Shown: positions 33,079-45,379 of the stretch, piece by piece
Numbering within the stretch: the stretch's first letter is position 1
Layout: every line of letters starts with the position of its first letter
Assembly: GCA_002104945.1 (NCBI GenBank)
Contig: MCFH01000009.1
Span: forward strand, 1-64,000
From: Piromyces finnis finn
Taxonomy: Eukaryota; Fungi; Neocallimastigomycota
DNA length: 64,000 nucleotides
Direction of reading: 5' to 3'
The notes under the pieces: model-generated
Databases searched by the model: none
What the model was told of the DNA's origin: nothing
Seen by the model: the letters and a program-made list of their open reading frames with translations, nothing else
Program-made: the position numbers and the translations under genes

Positions 33079-33549
33079 TAATAAAAATTTAAAATTTTAT
33101 TTTGAAGAAAAAAAAAAAATTAATAGAAATTAAAAATTCAAAAATTATAATTGTAATAACCTTTTTTGTAACTAGAAAATATTTTACTACCATATTATTT
33201 TTGTAAAATTAATAAAATTTCATTTAAAACACAAAGGAATATTTTAAAATATAACTTATTATATAAAAAATTTTCTTTTATTTTTTTTTTTTTTTTCATT
33301 TACTTTGATAGAAAAAAAATAAATAAATTAATGATAATTGCGTTTTTATAAAAGATTAAATTATTTTTTAAAATAAATATTTAATGATAATTAAAATAAA
33401 TGTATTATGATTATAATCTAAAATTTACAATTTGATAAAGGTGTATTAAATAAATTGATATATATATTATATATATTTATTTATTCTATTACTAAAAATA
33501 GAAATTATATATATTTTTCCATTTTTAATATTGATGATGAGTTTTCGAC

Positions 33550-35399
33550 TTATGAACAATTGAATGGGATATTACACCATTGACCATTTTCATAACCATA
33601 TCTACCAGAGCCATCAATCAATGCAATTTCACATGTTGAACAGCATGGTAAATTATTCTTGTTTTTGGCACACTCATTGCCTTCATATTTACATTTACTT
33701 GGATTAATACCACACCAGTAACCATCTTCGACACTCCATTTACCTTGTTCATCAACAAAGAGTACATTACATTTATCACAACATACAAAACCAATAGCAC
33801 GAGACCAACATAAACTTTCTTTGGCTTCTTTTTCTTGCTTAATAGCACTACTTGCAGTGAAGAATGATGTTGGTTGTTTTGACAATGTTAAACTTTCAAT
33901 TTCTTGCTTATTAAACTTATATTCGTTAATAATAGAATCATATCTCTTTTGAATATAACTTTCAAGGTCATTACTTTTTTGGAAATCATTAGCTGTAACT
34001 CTTGAACTATAACCTTTTTTGTTAACTCTTCCTGGAAGTTCTCCATTAATTGGTGTAAGATCTTCATTAACGTATGGTGATAAGAAAGCCTTTAATTCCT
34101 TAATATGTTGACCTAAAATAGTTGGATTAAAAGCTGAAACTAAAACATCCTTAAGAAGAGACTTGAATCTAGTATCATCTTGATAAATTAAATATTGAAA
34201 GATCTTGTGATTAACCTTTGAGTTGAAATCCTTAAATGATAATGTATTATAATCGACATTATTAGCACCAAAACCTTGGAAACCCCAACCTAAATTTCTA
34301 TTTTTGTTTTTTAAGTTAAATGAACCAGCACCTAAATTGTATCCAAAAGTATTATCAAAATCGTAAAGAATAATACACCATTTATTGTCTGTTGGTCTTT
34401 TGTAAAAGTTAAAATTGTGACCTAAAATTAAAAAGTGATCAAAAGAACCAATAAGCCATTCAACAATAACAGATTTTAGGAATAAATCAACATCTAAAAA
34501 TTCTTCGAATTGAGCTAATGAAGTAGCAGAATTTACTTTAGAAATAAATTCTTGTAATTCACCTAAATTAGTATTATCTTCGGTAACTGCATTAATACAA
34601 TGGGATTCACTTCCTACTTTTAAATCCATACCATCGTATTTACATTGATAAAGAGACATTGCATTAGTTTCATCATCAAGTTTGAAAATCTTTTTTACCA
34701 TAAATGGTTTAACAGAATCAAGAATAGTATATAAACCGAAAAATTCGTTATTGATATAAAGTCTAGCATATGAAGCTTGAACAGATGGTAAACCTGCTCT
34801 ATTTAAGATATCTGAAGAAAGTTTTTCACGCATATAACTCTTATCATTTGGATCTGGTCTTAATCTTAAACTTTTTCTTCCAAACAATTTTTCTTCAAAT
34901 TTCATATTATAACCAACTTTACTGTTAGAACGAGCATACATACCACCAGTTTTAAATTTGGTTAAATCACGAACTTCTTCTTTATCACCATATCTAATTG
35001 TACAATTAACAGTAGCTTCAAAATCCTCCATATTTCTTGCATTACCATTTTGAACTTGTTCTCCGTTAATTTGTGTAAGTTGGATTAATTTTTGAAAGTC
35101 TGTTTCGGATAAAGGTATAAATACATCTAAAATTTTCTCTTCAATTTTATCAAAAGATCTGTCTAAATTATCTAAATATTTAGCATAACCACTGACACCT
35201 TTTATTGTCAATTATTATAATATATATAAATTATTCAAAATATAATGAAATATTAATGTCAATATTTTTTATTTTTACATTTAAATTTACTTTTTGCATT
35301 TCTTTTATATACATATTAATATTAGAATTTTTAGTAAAATACTATTGTTTTTCTCTACTTACATAGTGTCAATAAAAAAGTAAATAATATTAATTTCAT
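33550..35399 (-). CDS. cotH: Second secreted CotH-family kinase with two divergent fungal dockerins (2 exons)
   Basis: Signal exon 35363-35399 (MKLILFTFLLTL|CVSG, GTAAGT donor) is spliced to the long [43 protein letters not shown] and WCIILYDFDNTFG are present, with two C-terminal dockerin repeats. Confidence 0.92.
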
Positions 35400-38114
35400 T
35401 TTGATATTATTTGTATTTTATTATTTTATCTTATTCTATTTTCAATTATTTACTCTGTACAATTATTTAATTTAAATTTTATGATAATTAAATAAGCTTC
35501 TAATAAAATGGCAATTTTATTATATTTACAAAATAAAAATAATAAAAATATATAATACAATAAGCTTTCTAAAATTTTTACTCTCGATAAAAAAAATAAC
35601 TTTTTAAAAAAATAAATATAAGAAAATTTTCTTTTATAAATGGAACATTTCAATCAATTTTTTTTTTATTTTACATATATTAAATAGGTCAATTTTAAAT
35701 AATATTAATTTAAATATAATATTCTTTTAATATATAATTAATGTATATTTAAGAAAGATCCTATATTAATACTCTTATTTATTTAGTATTATATAATATG
35801 AAAAAAGAATGAAAAATTAATAAATTTTAATTATTATATTATATTAATAGAATTAAAATTAATTTATAATTAATATATTAAACCTTCTATCAAATCATTA
35901 TTTTTTTATCAAAATAAGAAATATAAATTAAAATAAATATTACATATATCAAATATATTGAAGAATTATATCGGGTATAAATTGAATATATGTAATTAAT
36001 ACTATTTTAATATTCAACTTAAATTAATAAATATAAATAGAAAAATTTTTGTGCGGTCATCGTTTTTTTGTATTACAAAATTTTAATTTTTAAAATTAAA
36101 AGATCTTCTCAAAAAATATTAATTATTAAAGTTTTCTTTGTAAAAATTTAAAAAATATTCAACCGTTTATATATATATACTATATAATATTTTATATTTT
36201 ATTTATTTATATATTATAATAATTGAATAATTTATTAAATATAAATTTTATTGTTAAGCAAAAAAAATAGCAATATGAATATAATGAAAAGGGTTTTATC
36301 CTTTTATTTGAAAATATAATGAAGTTTAAAAAATTAAAGATGATATTTAATATTTTATTAATATTAAATTGCAATAGATAGAATTCCCCTCTATTAATAA
36401 TGATTTTTTATTGCTATTTATTATTTTAATAATGAAGAAGATTTTATTGACAGCTGAAAATTAATGATATAAAAATGGTATTTTTCATTTAAAATTTTTT
36501 TTCTGTATATAAGTAAATAATATATTTAATTTAATTAAGATCTACCTAGATACATTTTTATAAAAATTATAAGTATAATAATTATAAGACTTTTCTTTCC
36601 TTTTTTTAATATTAAAACACTTATTCTAATATACATTTTAAAAATTATTAAAAAGTTAATGTTGTCATTATGAAAAAGAAATTTGATACTTTTTTTATTT
36701 ATTATATTCAAATATGGATTTAAAATTAATTTATTTGAAATATAATTAATGTGGATAACAAACTTCAAACTTTATTTTATATATTATTTTTTAATTAAAT
36801 TAAAACTTATTTAAATTATTTCTTAAAAAAATGACCGTAGATGATTTTTGCGGTTACACAATAAATTGTTATTATTGTATTATAAGTTTTACAAAAATAA
36901 TTTTATTGTATTATAGTATTGTATACATTATTATTGATATGTATTTAGTCAGTATTTTATGTATAATTTCCATTGTTTTATTATATTTGTGAATTAAAAA
37001 TTATATATATTTATCTATCTATTTATTTATTTATTTACTTATTTACTTATTTATTTATTTATTTATTTATTTTTTTTTAGTAATGAACATTTTAAATAAA
37101 TTAAACACATATTATACATTATGTTTTTATTTATATATTAAATAATAAATATATTATATAATTATATGATTATATATATATATATTTTTTTTTGATAAAA
37201 GAACATTTTAAAAATAGAAAAAAGTTTATAAATTTATAAAATATTAGAAATAACTGATCTTTTTTTTTACTATATATGCTTATTACTTTTTACCTTTTGG
37301 GCATAAAATGTTTTAATAAATTATTTCTGATTCCAAATAAATTTTTAGGATAAATTTTAATTAAAAATAAAAAAAAAATTAAAAATTTAATTAATAAATT
37401 TAATTAGAGGTTTTTTTCATGACCATTTTTTTTTCTACTATTTTTTAAAAAAAAAGACATAAGATATAAAATAATAGTTTTTTTGTTTTTAGATATGCCT
37501 ATTGTATAAATAAAATTAATTTTATAAAATGTATTTAAAAGTTCTTTAGCTTTTTCTTTTTTTTTTTTTTACTTTTTTTTCCTTTGATAATTTTATTTCT
37601 TTTTAGCAAAATTAATATAAAAAAAAATCAATATAAAAAATATAAAAATATTAATATAAAAAAATTAATATAAAAAACTTTAAAAGATTTTAAATTTAAT
37701 AATTAATTAATATTTTAAAATGAGAAATAATTAAAAATTTAATTATTTTACAATTTTAATAAAAAGATTTTTAAACTAATTTTTTTAAAAAAAAAAGTGT
37801 CATATTTTTATAAAATTACTTATAACAACATAGTATATAATTTCTTTACATCTATAAAAAGTAAAAGAATAAAGAAAAGCTATATAATAGTAAATATTTT
37901 TAATATTGTTGGTAAAAATAAAGTATTTTTAAAATTTAATGAAAATAAAACAATTAAAGAATGAAAAATAATTATTAATATATTTATTATTTCTCTTGCT
38001 ATAAAAAAAAAAAAAAAAAAATAGTTTATATTCATACCATATTTTTATTTTCTAAAATAACATAATACCTAGTTTTATTGCAAGAAATCATTTTTATAAA
38101 TTAATAAATAAAAC

Positions 38115-39697
38115 ATGCTCCAAAATCTTGAATCAGAAATTCAAAATAAATGGAATGTTCCAACAAATACTAATACTGTTAGTCCTTCAGTAGTCGATAA
38201 TTTAAAACAAAATAATAAGGTTACCCAAAAAAATGAAACAAACATATCTGATGCTCAAAATAATAAAATTCAAGACTTTACTTCAAATATACCAGTATTA
38301 TCAAATGAAACTAATAATAATGTAATGAACCCAACTTTACCAAATGAATTATATAACCAACAACAGCAACAAAAACAACAACAAATGCAAATGCTATATC
38401 ATGATATAATTTATGATCATTTATTCCAATGTTTCACTCATAGTATATATACAGACCTTAAATTAAGATTCCAAGGAAGTAATATTCAAGAAGCAACTTT
38501 TTTCCTTCATAAAATTATATGCATTAGATCACCTTTCTTAGCTCAATTAATTAGTGAAAATGAGTAAGTAAATTAATAATTATTATAAAAAAAAAAAAGG
38601 ATGAATAAATTTTATATTATGACATAAAATAGAATTTTTTTACATGTTTTTTTAATAATGAAATAAGAATATAAATTAAAAAAGATAAAAAAGAGAAAAA
38701 TAAAATAATTCTTAAATCATTTAATTTGCTTATAATTGTTAATAATAATAATAATAATAATAAAAGGGGAAATAGACAAAATTAATTAAAATTTAATTTT
38801 ATTGTAATTATTATTTTATTACTATCATTATTCTCTTACTTTTCAAAAAAAAAAAAATAAACAAATAAAATTAGAGCAAGACAAATAAATTTAAGAATAC
38901 AAAATCCAGAAATTGTTGTACCCATCAATGATGTAAATATAACAGCTAAAGGTTTATCTATTGCTTTAGGACATTTATATTCATCATATGCTCATCATCA
39001 TCTCTTAAATGCTGAAAATTGTAGTATATCTGAACATTCAAAATTATTACGTTCCGTCTTAGCTTCATCTCACTTCCTTCATCTCCCAGATTTATGTAAT
39101 ATTGCTACAAGATTAATATGCTTAGACATCAATAAAAATACAGTAATAAATTATTGTCATTTTGTTAATCAACCAAACTTCATCACTTGCTATGATGAAT
39201 TTTCAAAGACTATCTATGATTGTGTCTACAATTGTTTATGCAAAAATGTAATTAAAGAATTATCGGAATTAAATAGACAAGATATATGGCAAGATAGAGA
39301 AGGACAAGGTTATAAGCAACTTATTGAAGTATTTTCTGAATTACCATTTGAATGGATGAAGAAGGTTGTTGAAAGTAAAGAATTTATCACACCAGGTGAA
39401 ATTGATAGGTAATAAATAAAAGAAATTAATATATATAGAATATATTAAAAATTATTTATTCAGTCATTAATTAATTAAAAAATTTAATTTAAAATATATA
39501 TAAATAGATATTATTTTGCCAAAGAATTAATTTCTTTACGTGCACATAAACAATCACCAGTAGTTATTGGTGAAGAAAATGTTGTTCTTGCATTCGGTAT
39601 ATCAAAGAATTCTAATATTTCTATTGTTAGAAAATCACCGAAATATCCAACTGGTTCTCAAGAAAGAAAAGTTTTAAAATATATGGAAACTAAATAA
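38115..39697 (+). CDS. BTB/POZ-domain protein (3 exons)
   Basis: YTDLKLRF...FFLHKIICIRSPFLAQL...ITAKGLSIALGHLYSS...VLASSHFLHLPDLC is a BTB signature, followed by VFSELPFEWMKKVVES. Exons are about 38115-38563, 38877-39408 and 39508-39697. Confidence 0.8.
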
Positions 39698-40472
39698 ACA
39701 TAATTATTTATATCTATATATATATATTAATTTACTGTTTTCATATTTTACACATATATATAAAATATATTTCCCCCTTCAGCTCTATTTAAAAAAACAT
39801 TTATTTTTTTTTATTACTCTTTCATTTTTCATTATTTATGAGTATTTATTCTCTTATTTTTAATTTCTAATTTTATTTTTTATTAATATTTTCTATTTTC
39901 CATACTTTTTATTGACTTTTATTTTAAAAATTGCGTTTTTAATATAAAATCAAAGTATTTTTTCTATATATTAATCCATGGTTTAATGATATTTCATTAT
40001 CATAACATTTTTATACTTTGTTTTTATAATATTCTTTTTTTTTTTTTTTAACTATTATTATTACATATGATTATTAACTTAAAATGTATAAATCTAATTC
40101 TTTCATATTATTAAAATACTTAATAAAGTTTGAAAATGATATTACATTTCTATAAAGTAAGAAAAAAAAAAAAAGAAATGCCTTTTATAATATAAATAAT
40201 ATTATTTAAAATTTTTCTTTATTATATATCATTTCTGCATTAATTTATTAATTTATTTTACAGAAAAAATATTAAAACAAATTAAATTAAATCAAAATTT
40301 TTACATTTAAAGCTATTCTTTCTATCTTTCATATACACATTTAATTTATATATAAAATAATTTAAGTTCCTTTAAAAGATTATAATTAAATAAAATATAT
40401 ATTTATATTATTTACCATTGAATAAATAAAAGTGTATTTTTAAAATAATAATAATAATAATAATAGCAAAAA

Positions 40473-41918
40473 ATGTCAAGTGATTCAGAATCTAGTCACT
40501 CTAAGAGTAGGAGAAGTTACAGCGGAGAAAGAGATAAAAATAGATCTAGAAGAAATAGAAGTAAGGATAGAGAAAGTAAAAGAAATAGAGATAGTAATGA
40601 CAGAAAAAGACATAGAAGCAGAAGCAGAGAAAGAAATAGAGACTATAGAGACAGAGATAGAGACGAAGATAGAGAAAGAGAAAGAGAAAGAGAAAGTACA
40701 AGAAATAAAGATAAAGAAGAAGGAAAGAAGAAAAAGGAGATTGACATTAAAGAAAATGAAAATGATTACAAAAATAAAAAACAGAGAATAGAAAATACAG
40801 GAAATGAAAAACAAGGTGCGTATAATTTAATATTGTATTAATTAAAAATAAACATTTTATATAGAAATTCAATTAAATTATCTTGATGATAATTTTGGTG
40901 TTGTTTTTTTTTTTTTTTTTTTTTAGAAAAAAAAAAAACTTTATATTAATCATTATATATTTTATATATTTGTCTACGAATTTAATTTCATTAACAATAT
41001 AATAAATTAAAGATAATAAATCTAAAGAGTATGTATTACAAACTTTTAAATTAAAATATTCTTTTTTTTTTTTTAATGGAAAAGATTAGTAAGAATAATA
41101 AATAAATATAAATTAATAATTTAATAATTTATGTATAATAACAGTGAAGAAGGGGAAGAAAAGAAAAAGATTGAAAAAGAAAAGCCAAATTTTAAACTTA
41201 CAGGAAAATTAGCAGCTGAAGCAAATACATATAATGGTGTTGTATTAAAGTATAGTGAACCACCTGAAGCTAGAAAAACGACTGTAAAATGGAGATTTCA
41301 TATATTTAAAGGAGACAAGCAACTAGGTAATTTTTTTTTTTTTCTTTAGATATTTGATATCTATATTATACATATTATTGACTTTTAATATATATATAAT
41401 AACAATTAATATAATATTTAAAAAGAGCCATTACCTGTATATCATCAAAGTGGCTATCTTCTTGGAAGAGATAGACTTGTTGCTGATATACCAATAGATC
41501 ATCCATCATGCTCTAAACAGCATGCAGTATTACAATATAGACAAGTCCAAGGTACAGATAAAAATGGTGATCCTGCCATGGTAATAAAGTAAGTTGTATA
41601 TATTAATAATAAGTATTAAATAATCATTGTTAATACCATAACAAAATTAATATAAAAATTAAATTTAAATAAATACTAATTTAAATCCCCTATATTTTTA
41701 AACATATATATTTCATTACCTTCATCATCCATTATAAATAATAATTCCATTGCCATAAATATAGACCTTATCTTATCGATTTAAATTCAAGTAACGGTAC
41801 ATTTATTAATGGTGAAAAGATTGAACCATCAAGATATTATGAATTAAAACAAGCCGATGTTATTAAATTTGGTTTCAGTACCAGAGATTATATTTTCATT
41901 GATGAAAATTCTGCTTAA
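40473..41918 (+). CDS. SNIP1: SNIP1/Pml1 (RES complex) FHA protein with RS/RD-rich N-terminus
   Basis: KEKPNFKLTGKLAAEANTYNGVVLKYSEPPEARK...WRFHIFKG, YLLGRDRLVADIPIDHPSCSKQHAVLQYR, PYLIDLNSSNGTFING...YYEL...IKFGFSTRDY. Confidence 0.93.
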
Positions 41919-42640
41919 TTCATCATAATTTCTTTATTTTATAATATTTTGAATTTGTATTATCTAAATATAAAAATTAATAGCGATTTAAAAATAAAAA
42001 TAAAAGTATATATATAATACAAGATTATAAAAAGTAAATAATATATTAAGTATGAAAATTAATGATAATAGTTTATAAATATTCAACAATAAAAATGTCT
42101 TTTTTTTTTTATTTTATTTATTTTAATTAAAAAAAAATATACTACGTTGAGTTTATTTGTTTATATTGTATTGTCTTATTTTTGTTATTATTATTTTATT
42201 TATATGTTTTACATAAAAGTAATAATTTAAAAATATTTTTACATGCTTCTATGATTTTTAAAATTATTTTTAGATTGGTCATTATTATAAATACTATCAC
42301 ATAATTTTATTATATCTACTATAAAGTTTTGAATAATTGCTAATTGCTTAAAGAATTTTATTACAACTATTTTACTACATTTACATTCTATAAATAAATT
42401 AAAGTGACTGATATTAAAAGTGCTTATTAAAGCAATTAGAATCGATATTTTGAGAGAGAATTTTTAATATTTTATATAGCTTTATTATACTATAACTAAT
42501 ATATCATGATACCAATAATTCTTCATGGTTTACTTTTTTTTTACTGTATAAAATATATAACTTTAAAAAAAGAAATAAAAACTAATAGTTATTTTTATAT
42601 ATTACAAATTCATTCATAATTAATACTTGAAATTATTTAT

Positions 42641-44605
42641 TTAATGGCATAAGCAGTTATTCATGGTGTTTATAAGTATCCAATCATCATTATCACCATC
42701 TAACTCCCACATCATTACTCCAGCATATCCATTTTCTTGAATATAATTCATTTTTATTTTTAAAGATTGAGGATCATCATATGAAATGAAATTATTAAAT
42801 TTAGTGTTAAAAAGATAAGGAGCTTGAGCTATGGAATCCCAAACTCTCAACCAACAATCATATTGAATAATGCCATTACTTTCATGAAGAGAATAATTAA
42901 ATGGATCATCATTCTCTTCTCTTTCTCCACGATCTTCTCTTAGAGAAAGAATATACTTGTAAATATATTTGTATCTCCAAGTAGAAGAATGATCTAATTT
43001 ATCTTGTTGACAATAATTAAACCATTTTGGGTGATAGTCATCTTCTCTATCATAAACTGTATTATCGAAGGTTTGGAATAATCCAAGGTTCATTTTAGTA
43101 TTAGAAATCCATGATCTTTTCAAAAAAATTATATTAAAAATACAATAATTATTCATATAAGCATTAACTTTTTTTTTTTTGGTTTTTTTTAACAGAGCTT
43201 TAATTCTATGTTCTATTAAAATATACCTTCCATAAGCACCAACACCTATAACAAGTTTTTCTGGTGGAAAACCACGTTGAACCCAATTTTCAACAGATGA
43301 TTTAAAAGAAAAATCATGACCCTTTTCAGGTTTTTCAAAAGATTCATGATGAGATATTATTGAAGACCATGATCCACTAAACTATAAATAGATTAATTTA
43401 GAAAAATTAATATTGCCTAATATTTTTAATATTTAACTAATATAAATACAAAAATGTTTTTTTATTCTTATTTTTATTAATAAAATTAATAATAAGCTTA
43501 CATCATATGCCATAATATTAACAAAATCAAAATACTCAGCAAATTCAGATAAATCATTTAAAACCCTACCATTTTTTTCGAATGGTGTTATACTTACAGC
43601 AGCGGTAATTAATATACTATCGCCAAGAGCTGAACGAAGTTTCTTAAGAAGTATTAAATAATTTGGGGTATCATTGGCATAATCAGGACTATTATAAAAG
43701 TAATAATAATTATAAATATTATTATTTATCATTTGTTTTTAATACATCAATATAATAATACATAATATATATTATTATACTATTATTAAATATTAAAATA
43801 ATTCTTTCATGGTTTTATATTATTTATACTTACTTATTATTATTACTATATCTTCCAGGATATTCCCAATCAATATCAATACCATCAAGTTCTAAATTAA
43901 AAATAGTAGAACGAACACTTTCTACAAAAGCATCCATATTTTCTTCAGTAGAAGTCATTTTAGTAAAATATTCACTTCCACTCCAACCTCCAACAGATAA
44001 AAGAACTTTAACATTTTGTTGATGAGCATATGTGATAACATTTGATAAAATTCTTGAATTATATCCGACTACTTCAAATGATTTAGAATCAATAACACCA
44101 AATGCTTTTAAAAATAAAATATAATTAATATATATAAATATTAATATAACATGAAAAAAAGGATAAATAATAGCACAAATAAATATAAAATGAACTATTT
44201 TAAAAATAAAAAAGTACCATAATTTATATGGGTAAGTTTATCATAAGGTAATTGAGATGGAAGAATTTCTGCTGCTCTCCATTCAGTATAATATGCTATA
44301 ATATTTTTTGAACATGGATTTGAAGTATCAAATAAAATTTCATCATAATCTTCTTTGTAATCATTTTCCTCTTCTAAACCGTCTGTTTTTTGGATATCAT
44401 CCATAACAACTTCTGTTGGGTGTTGATTATCACTTAATGAAATAATTTGTTGATTTTTATTTAAAATAGTATTTTCAATTGGAACTGCCCATACTTCATT
44501 AATTCCATTATTATTTACAATATTTTTACCCCAAAAACTATAAATATCATTAGATAAATACAAAAGTGTTAAACTATACACTAAGTTTAAAAAAAATATA
44601 TTCAT
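42641..44605 (-). CDS. Secreted GH18 chitinase without dockerin or CBM (5 exons)
   Basis: Signal peptide, IIAYYTEW, KLTHINY|AF, KVLLSVGGW, intact catalytic DGIDIDWEYP, DFVNIMAYD, KLVIGVGAYG|RSW, FISYDDPQS and GYAGVMMWELDGD. Confidence 0.93.
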
Positions 44606-44712
44606 TATTTTTATTTTTTCCTTTTATATAAATGTACAATTTCTTTATTTTTTTAATCAAATTTTATTTTCATAAATATAAAATAAAATGGATATTTGAA
44701 AAAAAAAAAAAA

Positions 44713-44743
<31 letters not shown>

Positions 44744-45379
44744 GTAATTGTAATTGTAATAGTAGTAATAGTAATAGTAATAATAAAATAGAAAATATAT
44801 AATTCTATATATATATATGTATGTATTAAGATATTGCTATTTCTTTTTACTACTTTGTTTAATTTTTTTGTTTTAACAATTTTTTTATAAAATATTATAT
44901 TTTTACCATAAACCAAAACAATTTTAAAATCTGATTACTATAGTTTAAAAATTAAATTAAAAAAAATATAAAACTTTAATTACTAATATATATATATATG
45001 TTTTATCAAATATTTAAAAGTATATTTAAAGTAGTTATTACATTTCTTTTTTATTGTTATTGTTGTTATCTTTTTATTTATTTATTTATTTATTTATTCA
45101 TTCATTTATTCATTTATTCATTTATTCTTTTTGTTTTGTTTATATTTTATTATATTATTAACTGAAAAGTATAATAAAAAAAAACTAGTTTGGCAATAAG
45201 ATAGAAATTGTTAATTTTTTTTTTTTTTATTTTATTATTATTAGTAGTAGTAGTAATACTTGACATTAAAAAAAAAAAAAAAGTTGATTTTTGTACATGA
45301 TATTATTATTTTTTTAAATAATAAATATGAAATGAAATTTTTTTTTTAAGTAAAAAAAAAAATAAAATATTAATCATAT

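Noticed and set aside
41085-41088. Possible 4-nt micro-exon (AAG|ATTA|GTAAGA) in the long first intron of SNIP1
   Set aside because: Phase-compatible with a GTGCGT donor, but a direct splice from the nearby GTATAA donor also keeps frame, and the region is low-complexity with no conserved residue to decide. Needs RNA-seq.
16796-41918. Two spliceosomal factors (AQR, SNIP1) in a window containing micro-exons
   Set aside because: They are 19 kb apart with unrelated genes between and act in trans; co-occurrence is most likely chance.
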